DNA of 64,000 nt, taken from the NCBI RefSeq assembly GCF_004010195.1, contig NC_057753.1:14173937-14237936 (forward strand). The letters are read 5' to 3'. The DNA is from Chiloscyllium plagiosum (taxonomy: Eukaryota). Below, one piece after another: positions 22,806 to 36,500 of this stretch (within the stretch, counting starts at the first letter, position 1; every line of letters starts with the position of its first letter). The notes below the pieces were generated by a model that ran no database searches, was not told the origin of the DNA, and saw only the letters and a list, made by a program, of their open reading frames with translations. The position numbers and the translations under genes are program-made.

Positions 22806-25186
22806 TATGTTCAGAGTCAGTTTAAGATCAGGAATATTTTGTAGACACTGGGTAGCTCTCATCAATCAGATTCATCATTATAACGAACAAAACTATAGGT
22901 GGTCCACAGTGTCAGTTATACTTCAGGCAGCCCTCCCTATTTCTCGAAAATCTTCCGTAATTTTCGATTTGTGTGGGACAGTTAGCAGATCATAAATGCC
23001 TTTCCTCCCCAGATGATAATCGTTGCGTTCAAACTCACTAATTCAATACACAATTTAGATGAACTTATTCAAGGGATGGATGTCAACTGAGGATTGACAG
23101 TCAAAAACTGAGTTTAATTTTTAGTAACCTTAAATTTGAGACAAGAGGCTTGCATTTAACTCGCATTTGTTACATCTTGCCATCCAGAAAACAAAAACAT
23201 TTATCCCGACTCTCTGTCTTCTGTACATAAGTCAGTCAACTGTCAATACTGATAAAGTAATCCATATGATCCAACTTTGAAAATTAACCTTTGGTGTGGC
23301 ACCTTACCAAATGCCTTTCGGAGTTCATGTATATTCCATCCACAGAATACCCATTTTCCAAATAGCTTGTCACATCTTCGAAGAAGATGTGCAAAAGCCA
23401 AAAAACTTCAAGTTAATGATTATCACGTTAACAATGATCTAATCCAGTGATGGAACTCTTTCGATCGGCTGAGTAGCATACTTTTCCTTCTTTGTCTTAT
23501 GTTCTCCAGATCTTACCATTGCAGTCAAGTAAAAGAGTAGGGACGTAATTATAAATCATTATGCAACAAGTTGTTAACACGTAGGATATGTGACCAATTT
23601 CCTACCGGAGAGGAAAATAAAGCACTGTTTCCAAAAAGTAACCAAATACATTTACAAATTTTGGGAGGAGTAAGTTGCCTGCTATGTAGAAATGCTAGAG
23701 GAGAGTGAATCAATGAACAGTAACTTGAATCCACAAATACTGCCATGAAAGGCCGAATGGTCGCTTTTCACTCCATGTAATCATTTGATTCTAATAGTTG
23801 CCAAAAATGATAGGTGGAGAGGCGCTTTGAGGGATAAGCCAGGACAATAAAATATTCCCTTTCTGGGTGGGACACTTTCTGGATCTGATGCATCTCACTG
23901 TGCCTGTGCACATTAATATGTGGCGGAGTCTGACAACTCAATGGCCTGATATGCAAATTGATCATATTTTTTGCAAAGTCGAGGTAACAGCAACTCACTG
24001 CTCAACCTCTGGATAACTGAGATTCAGGCTTTGATCACAGCATCAAACTAGCTATTGCAGGCCATTCCCGGTAATTTGACGGTACCAGTACATGTAGTAG
24101 CTGCCCAGATTGAACTCACTGGTTTTACCGGTCAGTCTCAAAGCTTGGTCACGTAGCTCCATCTTTGCCTCCAGCTTGCTCAACACTGCCACGGAATGGG
24201 CTTCTGGTGAAGTAAGAAAGTATTCATTAAACCGAGGTGGCTACAGGTCGTACAATTCCATCAAACCCTACTCCTGAGAAACTAATAAACACGTTAATAT
24301 TATAATTGGACCCTACGCACTGGAGCTGAATGCATGAAGTAGAAGAAGAGACCTCGGTGACACTATGCTTCCTGATGCTGCGTTAACTGAGGCTGTCTAC
24401 CGTCCAGCCACTCATTGACAAAACAGTTTGGCAGATATCTGGACTCTGAGCTTCAGTGACTGGTTTTTATGATTCGGCAGAAGAGGACATGGCAGAATTG
24501 GTTTTCTGCCATTGATGTCTAATAAAAAGAGGCAGGGTTCTTCCCATACCCATTAGGCTGGGCGTCAGTACCGCCTAATTTCCAAAGTTGAGAGTTGAAT
24601 GAATTGATGGTCGATGTGTGACATTATATTCTTATTTCAAATATATACTTTGTTCGTAAAAATAGCTTTGCTTATGTACATAGTCACGAAAGTGCAATAG
24701 CATTTGATGAAAAAAAAAATCCAAAAACAATATGGAACTTCATTTAACTTCACTATAAAAAAGGACTCATTTACCCTTTGCCGCTTCCTGTATGTGCATC
24801 AATACTCGTTCTGTTCCAAAATGTTATCCACATAACAGTGAAGTTGACTGTTACTCATTAATGTCTCATTTTGGAACTTATCAAAAGCTTTCTGAAAATC
24901 CGAATGTGGCAAAAACCGTAACTCAGCAGACTTACTTTACTAGTTGGATCCTAAACAAAAATGCAATGCATATGTCAAGCATGGTTTGTCCGTTATAAAA
25001 TTATGTTGGTTTTCTCCAATCCCGTTCATTCTTTCAAAATGTTCTGTTATCCCTGTCTCTCTGTTTTAATCTCTGCCATTTTTTAAATAATGTTAGACTC
25101 ACGTTCTGTTTAGCAAAATGATTTTGCACCGTGTCCTACACGATACCGGATATTCCTGTCTCTCACAGTCTCTACATTCTCTACAC

Positions 25187-25510
25187 CGGGCGGCACGGTG
25201 GCACAGTGGTTAGCACTGCTGCCTCACAGCGCCTGAGACCTGGGTTCAATTCCTGCCTCAGGTGACTGACTGTGTGGAGTTTGCACGTTCTCCCCGTGTC
25301 TGCGTGGGTTTCCTCCGGGTGCTCCGGTTTCCTCCCACAGTCCAAAGATGTGCAGGGTCAGGTGAATTGGCCATACTAAATTGCCCGTAGTGTTAGGTAA
25401 GGGGTAAATGTAGGGGTATGGGTGGGTTTTGCTTCGGCGGGTCGGTGTGGACTTGTTGGGCCGAAGGGCCTGTTTCCACACTGTAATCTAATCTAATCTA
25501 ATCTAATCTA
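25187..25510 (+). mobile_element. tRNA-derived SINE (HE1-like), full length with (AATCT)n tail
   Basis: A-box tggcacagtggttagc, B-box ggttcaattcc, conserved core, short-tandem-repeat tail. Confidence 0.92.
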
Positions 25511-25534
25511 AAAAAAAAATTCAAATCAGCATAT

Positions 25535-25816
25535 GTGCATTTATTTTGCATGTAATGCAGCGCTGGGAGCCTGGTCTAATAACTCTGAGTTTCGGCAGAA
25601 GATGTGAAGCGATTTCTGGCAAATGCAGCACTGTCACTGAAGTCATCTGCAAAGCAGATGAGAACTCCTTGGTGGCCAAGGGACAGAGGTAGCCAGTGCC
25701 ACAGTAGGCAGGCACTTGCATCCTCTGTGTAGAAGCAGATGAGGGTTACATTCTCTCCAGTCCTCACGGTCATCTTGCCCTCTGGCTGATGAATGAGCGA
25801 TTCAGACATGCGTGCT
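25535..25816 (-). pseudogene. psi TCR V of a divergent family
   Basis: Acceptor tccttcag; ARMSESLIHQPEGKMTVRTGENVTLICFY..LLWH..RNRFTS; frameshifted end resembling ALYYC; no recognisable RSS. Confidence 0.65.
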
Positions 25817-28800
25817 GAAGGACATGGATAATGAGGCATTTTGTTTGGAAAAGTTAGTAAAACGGGCACTCTTCGTGTAATGGAGAGAAGAGGGGGAGAC
25901 AAATGAGCTTATTGTTTTAACATCAATGCCTTCATATGGTTTAGAATTTTATTACCGAATTGATTGTCATGATCATTCGAACAGATAAAGAGGTTGTATT
26001 TGAAGGGCATTGGGCCCTTCAGCACATCTTCCACAATTGAAAAGAAATGAGGTTCATCTAACTCAGCATCACAGCATATTCTTGATAATCTTTCATCCTC
26101 TTGGTTATCGAGAATCTATTTAGGTCTACCTTAAAATACTTTATGGTTCTGCATTGAATGCCTCTTCAGAAAAGATATTGCAAATGCTCACAACCCACCG
26201 AATATTAAAAAAAAGGTTCCTTCTCTCTGAATGTAATGGGTGCTCTCTTACTTATAACAACTGAAGAGGATAGTAAATGTGTCAGAGCATTCATATCTGA
26301 CTCTTCTATTGTCTAGAGGCTATAACCAAAAGCTATCTCTGCTTTCTATGTCTATCTCAGCCTTGAATAGACCTACAGCACAGACTCTGTGGCAAATAGG
26401 TCCACAGGTTCATTTTCATGTGATGAAGAAGTGTCTACTCATAACTATATGAAATGCACACCAAGTATTCTGAGATCCGCTGTTCCACTCCAAGACTCTC
26501 CCAAAGGGGGAAACAACATTTCCGCCTTTACACTGTTAAGTTTTCATTGCGCCTCTATCAATCGTGTGGGACTGGAAGGTGGGCCCATTTCAAGAAATGT
26601 TGAGATACAACCACAGCGTCACATGATCCATGTAACTTGCTCCAAGACTCAAGATTTATTCTCATGAGAAAAGCAAAACATGTTTGACCACATTCATTTA
26701 TCAGGATGCTTCCAAACATTGAATAACTAATTTTCTGGTGCACTCCTGAGGTTCTCTTGTGAATGCTTCGACACTCCAAGTCCATGGATCGAGGGCAATA
26801 TCTGATCTATTAATTGTTGCGAACAAGTACAGGAATTAAGCATGTTCTCCAGCATTAGGGATACAACTAAAAGAAGCTGAGGAAAATCGGACTTTGATTC
26901 CATTTTAAGGTATAGGCTAATTAGATTGTGGGACTTACCCATTGCATGTGAGCCAATGTTAATCCGCAAACTCACACTTCGCACACACACTCTCTTGACA
27001 AACTGTAGGCAGCACTTTCGGTAATCTGACATAGGAAAATGAAAAAGAGCTGTTCAGAATGACAGGTATCACAAGAAAGACAACCAATGCGCGATAGAAA
27101 CATTAAAACATCAAAAACGAATTTGTAAATGTCAGCTGGTTATGCGACATGAGGGGAACAACTCCTGCACACTGTCGCTAAGTGCATCTATTGTCGATTT
27201 TAATGATCATATGTCATGCTGCACTCCCTCTGATCGAATCCATGTTTCGTTTCTCTTTGCTTTTGTATAGTAATGGAGAACGGCCAGGAGAGGGTGCAAT
27301 TGTATCACGTTGAACTGAAGGGACTGAAAAGGGAAAGAGTCGAGGAGATTTTTTTTTTAAATTAGTAGATTAACTGTTATCTTTCAATCAAATTATTTTC
27401 TCCCAAAGTGATGGACAACCGCTTCTGATCTGATATTCAACACCTGAGGCAATGTTCCAATGTCTCAAATGTTTTGCCAATGATTCGAGTAAGTCACCAA
27501 GAGTGGCAGAACAATGCACAGCATAACGTATACACACATTGAAATGCAACGTCAGAGCCCCCCAAAAAACAAAGATGTACTATTAAAGATTCAGCAGACC
27601 TACACGCACATACATGCAAGAATTTAAATAACAATTCAAACCTGAAAATCATCGGTGATCCAGGCCTTTGCCCTTTTGTTAGTGTCTGGATGAGGTACAA
27701 GAACAGCACTTCTTGCTCTGGTCTGCTGTGCAATATGAAAAGTTCAGCCACTGTTAATTTCGGTGTTACATTCTGATCAATAGGACATGAAAATGGGGGT
27801 GCGATTAAAATTGATTATCTTCGCTCTGAATATCATCATCCCAGATGAGTTGCACTTTAGATTTTCGGTCTAAGACATCGTGTCATCGTTCAAGTGACCA
27901 TTCTGAGACAACATTATTACTTGATTTTTAAAATATGCCCTTTATCATTGAATGTTGGGTGGGAAGCAAATAAAATATTTGCATACGTTCCAAACCAACG
28001 GACAAATATATCGAGATGGCCAACAGCAACAGATAAACGGGGACATATTCAGCTGTACGTTCCCTCCCAAGAAACTCACCATTCTTAATTGGAAACATAT
28101 CGTCTTTCCTTCAGTGTCATTTGGTGAAAATCCTGCCATTCTCTCTCGAACAGATCCACGTGTCTACATAGACAGCTAATACGAAAGCAGCTTCAAAAGC
28201 TAGCTCAACACGACCTTCTCTAGCTATATTAAGGGTGAGAAACAAGTATTTATCCAGCCAGCTATTCCCATTTCCCCTCAGGGAACAAATCACCTCGTAG
28301 CGAATGGTATCACCGGGGAATCAAGTTGAGATATTTTCTCAAAGTAAATCTTGAGCGTCTGAGACTCTGTAAAAAGGTAGGGCAATGCCAGTGCGCATTT
28401 TTTTACTGCCAGAGAGGCAAGCACAGTGGTGTAAAGAAAATAGTTTTTTTAAAGGATAGTTTCAGAAGAATCAGTATGAGTCAATATGTACCAAGACGCA
28501 CTCATGGGAAACAATGAATAGCCTCCCTATTGGGAAATGCAATGTGTTCCCAGGGAACAGGATGCTTGTACAGGTGATTTCTCCCATCATTTCTACCAAG
28601 TTACACACTCATGATCAAACAATAGTTCACATACACTTCCCTGGCCCTGGTGGCTGTGGAAGGCAACTCGTTGACTGTGATTGCGGAACCAGACCTCCTT
28701 CAGCTTCTTGCAGAGTGGCCGCTGTCGGGAGGGATGGGAGCCGCACCATCTGAGCACCGCTATGGCAGCGTGGGTAGATCAGGGAGGAATCGGGCACACT

Positions 28801-30294
28801 TCACTACGAGCAGAAACTCCGCGTTCTTACTGTCAGCGAAAACAGGAGGACAGTTGCTGCCATGTGCCTCTGAGCTGTGATGATTGCCATGTTGCAATTC
28901 AATTGGCATCCTGTCCAGAAACTCTGGGTGGACGGGAGATAAAGAGATAGCCTCGCCATCTCAACATCAACAACTGTGCAGAGGAAAGACAATCACTGAG
29001 AGAAAGTGAATTTGTGGAGCTTCCACGGAAATATTCCATGCTTCGTAATCAGTGAGAATCGAGATTGTTTCAGTTTTCTCAACGTGCTCAGATATTTTGT
29101 AAGTCACTTTTAGAGTTGGTGAGAGTAGAACGTGAATCCATTTGAACCAAATTTAGGAACACTGCATTGCACATCAGTAACCCCTCTGACTTTCAAGTCT
29201 CTAACTAATCTGGATTGATTCCATTCAAGATAATGAGGATAATCAATGTTAATTAGACCTCTATCTTTATCGCCTCTTGAAATGAGTGCAGCACCGAAAT
29301 AAAGAGCAAGCCTCCTCTTTCTAATGCATAAGCAGGCCAGAGCAGAAAATGAAACTGGTACGCTCCCATTCACAAACTAAACAAATACAAAGTGCTGATA
29401 TCACTTGGCAACACCTTAGTGAAACCCCAGAGAATAATAATGAGATCAGTAATGAGAATTATCATACGGAAAACAGCTGAAAAGAATTCTCTTTACACTG
29501 GTATTACGTGAACCTCCATGTGACAGCTTTTTGTTTCATCATGGAATCTTCAATGAAAGTAACGTTATCCATGACACACGGAGAAACTAAAGGCATAAGG
29601 GAATGAAGGTGAAATCAGATTAACGATAGTGAGAGGCGAACAGACGGAACGAAACCGTACCAGATGGGCGAGATTGATATGAAGTACTACATGGGAATGG
29701 TACTGAAAATTTCACTGTTATGTTGAAACTGTATACATTCATGCATTTGTCATTAAGCACGTATACGCACTGACACACTCACATGCAAACACATTCATAC
29801 ATACACAGAGCCTGGTGCCATGCTTTGTTCTAAACAGATAAACACAGTTCTATGTGATCACATCGATGACGAGCGAATTAATTCACCATTTCCTCGGTGT
29901 ACTCGAATCAACAACTTCAGTGAAACGCATTCTAAATACCCACCCACTTGTAAACTGCTGACGTGTTTCCAGATGTTCCCAACTCATTCCGTTGTGGTGG
30001 AGGTGTGGATGTGAAAGTCGACGAAGGAGAGCTTTCTGCCAACTCACTGTCTACAAATCACATTAAAAAACAGATTGTTCAGAGTGTCAATTAGAATGGA
30101 TTCTGCTCTGTGTCTGTATGAGAGCTGAGAATCTGTAATGTATTTTCTCAGCAGCTTCAGGAAGCTTTGGTTGACAGTTTGATTGTGGTAGGATGGTTTT
30201 GCATCAGTGCGTTCTTAAGCTCCTGAATGCACATAATAACTACACAAGACTCTGCAGAGACATCAAAATGAAGACCAATCTATGATCAAAAAGC

Positions 30295-30787
30295 AATTTT
30301 TGTACAGGGGAGAGACTGTTATCATCACTGTGTGGTTCCTCAAATCACAGTAATACACGACAACATCAGTAAGCTGCAGTCTGGTGATCATTAGACTGGT
30401 GAATTTCTTCGAGCTTCTGAAGTACTGCAGCAAAGTGATCTTTTGCAAACTTTGCTTTATTCTCGCCGGTTTCAGAATATCTCCTCAGTATATATTCGGG
30501 GTGTGTCTGTGCACTGCTGGTACCAATCTAATGAATAATAATTTTCTGTAGTACCATAGGTGCAACTCAGAGTCAATGCCTCTCCTTCTGTCCGAGCATG
30601 TGAGGAGATAAACTGAGCGACTGAATCTCCATGACTCAGGTCTGAAATTGGCAACAGATAATAATTGTAAAATGTCAGGCTGGTATCAACTAAAATCATG
30701 GTTTAAAAAATGAATGTAAATTGGATTTTCTCTGCATTTACCTGTCCGAATTGATCCAAACCCAACCCAAATGCGGAGTAACCACAT
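30295..30787 (-). pseudogene. psi TCR V6 (family B), frameshifted; leader 30787-30742, exon 30641-30333, RSS 30332-30295
   Basis: DLSHGDSVAQ..LSC..WYQQ / PEYILRR / KFTSLMITRLQLTDVVVYYC in three frames; CACAGTG + 22 nt + ACAAAAATT. Confidence 0.9.
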
Positions 30788-31643
30788 TGGTTCTATCCTC
30801 ACTATTACAGGGCTGTCCGATATTTGAGGACACCCATTCCAAACCTCCACCTTCAACGTACTGCTGCACTGACTCTGGATGATCCCATGTCACTGCCTGT
30901 TTTCAGTCGTGATGCTTAGAGCGTGAGAAGAAGAGAGCCGACTCTCAATATATTGACACTCCCCAAGATGCGTCGTGGTCATTGGTTTTATCACAGGTCA
31001 TTCTGGAACGAAGGCTTTCATCTATGATAAGCAATTTCACAGATTCCTAGTGCGACTGAACTCAAGATTATTGTGATAAACCAGGCATTAAAATTGGCCA
31101 CATATGACACCCACGTGATATAAGTCCCTAATGCAAACCTTGTGGACCAACAAACCATGCACTCTCAAAACACAATCCCTCAAATCCAATCTGCTGCATT
31201 ACTGAACTCAATTTCAATCTTTATCCAGCAATATTTCTGAAATCATTTTTCATAATGTTTCCCTTTATTCTGGTATTCCAGGGCTATTTCCTGCATGCGT
31301 GCTCACGATAATCAAGCATGCCTTTCTTGGTTCGTTTCAGATCTATTTAGTGAGCTGTGTTTCACTTTCTTCCCCCACCTCTCTGGGTTTGTTTTCTGCC
31401 TCGATTAACACAGAGGCCTCTCAGAACAGGACCAGTTTTACCTGTGATGAACGTCACAGTTGCTGTCTTAGAGGCAAGCACGCCTGATATCTGTGTCTGG
31501 TGTCTGTACGTTATTTACATTACGGTCTGTTTTATTTTGTGTATGTGTCTATATGACCTTTTGCATGTCCATGTGTTTCGCGTGTTTGCATTCCAAGATA
31601 TTTGCATTTGTGTGCTTTTGCACATGTGTGTTTGACTTTGAAC

Positions 31644-31645
<2 letters not shown>

Positions 31646-31689
<44 letters not shown>
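31646..31689. repeat. (TA)n microsatellite in TG-rich low-complexity region
   Basis: Perfect dinucleotide run of about 22 units. Confidence 0.95.
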
Positions 31690-31693
<4 letters not shown>

Positions 31694-32759
31694 ATCTGCA
31701 TTTGTACCTCTGGGCATGAGTGCATTTTATCTGTTTATATGTGTTTGATTATGTGTTGTGCGCCTGTGCATTCCTGTGTAAGTGATCATGTGTGAGTGAC
31801 TGTAAGAATGTTTACTTGTGTTTATTGGCTTTCCTGTATTCGCAACTATGTTTCAGTGCGTTAGCAGCTTCGGTGTTTGGTGTCGTGCCTACCACAGTGT
31901 CTGATTTTAAACAGGGTTAAAATAATTGGAAGGTTTATCTGCAGCGTTGCTTCACATTTCTAATGTCAATGCAGAAGTCATTAGTCGTTCCCTGATACAT
32001 ACATTGTTCAGAGGGATGATCCTGAATGAAAGACCGAAAACAGCTAGCAGTCTCTTCCCTGTTCCCCTCCCATCTGTTCAACATGACACAATGCCACCCT
32101 CTGTGATAGATGCACATTTCTTCACAAGAGGATGATAATAACCATTCAGGATTCAGTCAGATGGAGGATATAACCCCATTCAAACTCAAATTAAATTTAC
32201 TCACATGCAGAGTGAGTGTGCCGTCTTGGCTGCTCTCCACTCACATGTCAAGTTGAAGTTCATCAATTTACTCATTATATTTTTTTTCTGTATTTCTCTT
32301 TGCTTGAATGACTCGTGTTCAGAGACATGATTTCCGCATCTCCCATGCCAGTTTCTAGGAGTCACAATTTTTTTAAGCAGTGGTTCTGGATGCATTGACA
32401 TGTACACTCTCAACAGATCACGCAACGTGAATGAGATTAATCCTTAAAACAGACTAAAGTTTAGATTATCGTCAACTTCAACTGTTCTGCTCATGCTGTT
32501 ATACACATCACGTAATTCTTGCTTTATTCATAATGATTAACAGGTCAGACATGGATCTCCAAACATGGACTCTAAATGTGCAGCCATTTCCCGGAAAGCA
32601 GCTGAAACGTGACACAAAATCAAATGAGTTTATTGGAGGGCGGGAGATCGAAACACAAATGAGGGAAAGTGTTTGCGTTTAACACCATCAGAATCATTCT
32701 TCTATTATAGGCAGGATGAATTGGCAGGGAGACATTCTTGTAGTTTCCTTTCCTTTGTG

Positions 32760-33135
32760 TCAAGAGACTCAAAATCCTCTATCAGGTTGAAATGAAGACT
32801 TGGCAGTGCATAGGCAGAAATGTTGCTCCCCTCAATGAGGTTGTATCTGAAGAGAAGGCATAAAGTCTTAATATGGATCCATATATTTGAGAGACAGGTA
32901 AAGAGGAATATCTTTTATCAGATGGCAAAAAATCCATTGAAGTATTGACCACAGATGTCAATATACAATGAATAATCGAGGCTGTGATGTATTTTATGAG
33001 TAAGAGAATCAAGACTTCTAGAAGATAGGCAGGAATGTGAAGTTCAAAATGATCAGATCAGCTATGATATCTTCGAAATTTGTAACCAATTCTATGGACT
33101 GAATGGCCGATTTCTTTTTCTATGTCTTAGATTCT
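32760..33135 (+). mobile_element. Decayed CR1 3' fragment
   Basis: Similarity to CR1 C-terminus and 3' UTR (gactgaatggccga..tctatgtctta). Confidence 0.55.
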
Positions 33136-33487
33136 GCAGTCTTTATGACTGCGGCCAAATAATAATGTAGGCACATGTATATGCCCTTTAGACAATTAGT
33201 TGTTAAGATTTGTCATGCACGAGCAAATTGCTGGTAGAAAGGGAAGTAAAAAGCAGTAATGAAAGTAAACAGCTAAACACATGCATACACATGACGTTGA
33301 AACTACCAGTTCTGTGAAAGCAGTAGTGAAGAGAATACGATTGAGCAGTAGCAGAAATACTAGCAGAGCTCTGAAGGGCAAAATACCCCCCTTTAAGTTT
33401 AAACTCTTCTTAATCGCTGAGCTGTAGTCAATGATGGGCTTATTCGTGCTTTGAGAATCAACGGAAAATACTTCATTTCCTCTTGTG

Positions 33488-33990
33488 TTTTTTTGTACAG
33501 GTCTGGATTTGATCTTTTTCACTCTGTCCCTGCACAATAATATATTACATTGTCTGACATTCTCAATATTCTGATATTTAAAGTAAAGACGTTGTTTGAT
33601 ACATCTTTGGAAGCAGTGACTTGTCCTATAACCTCTGGATTGCTGTTGCTTTCACTGTGGTGCCAAACTAGCCATTGCAGACCATTCCCGGGGTGTTCAC
33701 TGTACCAGAACATGCTGTAGCTTCCCAGATCGACCCCGCTGGTTTTACACGTCAGTCTTAGAGATTGCCCAGGGATCCCTGACTCTGCTCCTGGCTGAGT
33801 GAACATCACCTCCAACTCGGCCCTAGTAAAGTAAAGTGACTCAGAGTTGTGTACTTCTCCACGGGAAGTGAAATAACAGGGAATGAAAATGTCTAAAATG
33901 TGGAAGAAACGGAAATTGGAAGTACGCACTCGATAAAAAAGCAAGAAACAAAAGCATAGACCTCAGCAACATAGTCCTTCCTGCAGCCAT
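33488..33990 (-). pseudogene. Immunoglobulin heavy-chain-type V segment (VH/TAILV-like) in the TCR V array, probably non-functional
   Basis: Leader 33990-33930 MAAGRTMLLRSMLLFLAFLS with donor gtgcgt; EVMFTQPGAESGIPGQSLRLTCKTSGVDLGSYSMFW..PGNGLQWLV..TASKDVSNNVFTL..IYYCAG; RSS CAGAGTG + 23 + ACAAAAAAA; 1-nt deficit after the acceptor at 33823. Confidence 0.88.
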
Positions 33991-34569
33991 GTTATATGTG
34001 ATAGTCTGGCCTCAGGTCACATATAGACAACGCAGTTTGGCGGATTGTTGGATTCTGATCCTTCCTCACAGGCGTTTATGAATAAGCAGAACGGAGGGCG
34101 TGTTTGAAGATACAGTATTGGTCGCCTAATATCGACGTTTGATGCAAATAATACAAGGTCCTGCCCATCAGTGGGGGCTGTGCTGCAGCACCATCTATTG
34201 TCAATGTTGTGTGAATAATTGAGCTCACTATTGCCCACTCAGAAAAAGATTCCATATCAACACACATATGGTCAGTTGTGGACGACAAGTTGGCTCGGTG
34301 TGGGGACAAATAATCGAATCTCTTTGAGGATTATGTGTGTGTTCCATGCTGAGATGGCAGAGTGTGTTAAATGGGGATCACAAATATGATCACTGAGGCA
34401 TTTACAGCGGTACTTTTAATAGAATTACAGAGCTGATCTGTGTGGCAATTTTAGAATTTTGACTGTGTGGGAATGATATTCACACTGAGTGTCTGGATTG
34501 CACAGATGTAAGTGTAGGAATGAAAGATATGGTCAATGTGGGGATTTTAAAGGGAGTCAGCGTGGAGAG

Positions 34570-36500
34570 TTGACTTGATTTGGTTTAATTTATTGCCATA
34601 TTTACCTAAGTACAGTGAAAAATATTTGCTTGCGAGTACAGGCAGACATTGTAAGCAAGAGCATACAGATTGTCCGGTGGAAAAATACTCGAAGAGAGTA
34701 AGGTATACGGGTTACAGGGCACATTACATGCACCAGTCAAGATCAACTTAATTTGAATTTAGCGAGTCCATTCATCTGTCTAATACCACCAGGGAAGAAG
34801 TTGTTCTTGAAACTGCTGGTGCATGTGTTCAAGCTTCTTTATCTTCTGCTTGATAGTTGGGGTTGCAGGAGAGCGCTACTCGGGTGAGATTGGTCTTTGA
34901 TGATATTGGCAGCTTTTCCACTGCTACGAGATGTGTATATGGAGATCATGGATGAGGCGTTGGCTTCCATGATGGTCTAGACTGTGCACACTACCTGATT
35001 GTTATGATCCTTGGCAAAGCAATTGCTGAAACAGTCTGTGATGAAAACCAGACGGTATAATTTGCATGGTGCATCTGTAAAGGTTGGTGATGGTCCTTAT
35101 GGACATGCCAAATTTGCTGAGCTGCCTGAGGAAGAAAAAGCTTTGATGTGCTTTCGAGATTGTTGCATTTATGTAAGAGGTCCAGGGTAGGTTGTCGATT
35201 ATCTTCACTCTTAGGAACTTGAAGCTCTCAACTCTACCAACATCCACTTCATTGAAGTAAATAGTACGTGTCCGCCTCCTTTCCTGTTGAGGTTAATATT
35301 CATTTCTTTAGTTTTTTCGACATTGAGAGAAATGGGTGTTGCCATTGCACATCGTCATCAAGCCCTGTATCTCCTTTCTGAAATCTGACTCACCATTTTT
35401 TTGACATCTGTCCTCCCAGTGGTCTCGTCAGCAAACCTGTCAATGGCGTTTGTTCAGAATTTGACTGCACAACCGTGGGTGAATAGGGACTATAGTAGGA
35501 TGAGAAAGATTCCTTGGTGGTTGGGGGTCTAGTGTTGGGTGTTATCCTGGAGGTAGTTCAGTTGTCTACCTTCACTAATTGCATTCGATGGGCCAGGTAA
35601 GAATCTAGTTGCAGTGTGTGGAGCTGGGATTTGAGAATTGGAGTTTTAATAGCAGTCTGTAGGGGATAACGGTATTAAACGCAGAGCTGTAACCAATAAG
35701 CAGTTGTCTGATGTAGATTTCCTTGTTGCCCAGATTTTTCAGGGATGAGTGCAAGGTTATGAAAATGGCGTTTGCTGCGGACCTGTTACATCGGTAGGTA
35801 AATTACAGAGGATAGAGGCAATCTTTGAGGCTGGAGTTGATGTGGTCCTTCACCAGCCTCTCGAAGCTCTTCATGACTGTGACGTTTGAGTGACGGGATA
35901 GTAGCTATTAAGGCATGTTGTATGCGCTTTCTTAGGTACTGGGATGATTGTCGTCTTCTTGAAGCATGTGGAACTTTAGCTTATAATTGGGAGAGTTTGA
36001 CGATATCAGTGCATGGCCAGCAATCCGTCTGTTCGATTTCCTTGGGTTGAGCCATGGAATGACGGTTCTGGTGTGTGCAGCAGTGACAGAGCGAGCAGTT
36101 TCATCCATGGCTGTCTGGGCAGATGACACCACTCAGATGGCATTCTGCTCGAACTGTGCATAGTAAGCAGTGAGCATATCAGGGAAAAATGCATCTGTTT
36201 TTCTGCTATCGTGTTCTGCTCCATTTTGTATCCCATTGAGTTGATTATGTCTGCCACAGGCAATGCGAGTCCATATGGTTGGTTTGGGCCCCGTACTTGG
36301 TACTGCCTCGTCATATCCACGATGGTTTTGCCGAGGTCGTACGTCACAGACTACAGAGATCATTGGTGGGAGGAATACTCAGTTGATCACTTTAGAGATA
36401 ATAATTTAGGTTGGTATGGGCATTAGTTGGGTGGATAGTGTGGAATTTTAGAAGCAGTCAATCTGAAGATTACAGAAGTGGTCAGTAGCGGCGCGAATGT
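34570..36500 (-). mobile_element. Rex1/Babar-type LINE remnant
   Basis: VESFKFL.VKIIDNLPWTSYINATISKAHQ.FFFLRQL.KFGMS..TNLYRCT and FPDMLTAYYAQFEQ motifs. Confidence 0.8.

Noticed and set aside
25200-25215. CACAGTG heptamers in SINE heads (also ~36673) and isolated ones at ~22906, ~31893 and ~47522
   Set aside because: No nonamer at 12 or 23 nt spacing; part of the SINE A-box or chance matches
25187-25260. tRNA gene
   Set aside because: A/B boxes belong to a multi-copy tRNA-derived SINE head, not a full cloverleaf
31493-31795. ORFs with YIYIYI runs
   Set aside because: Translation of the (TA)n microsatellite
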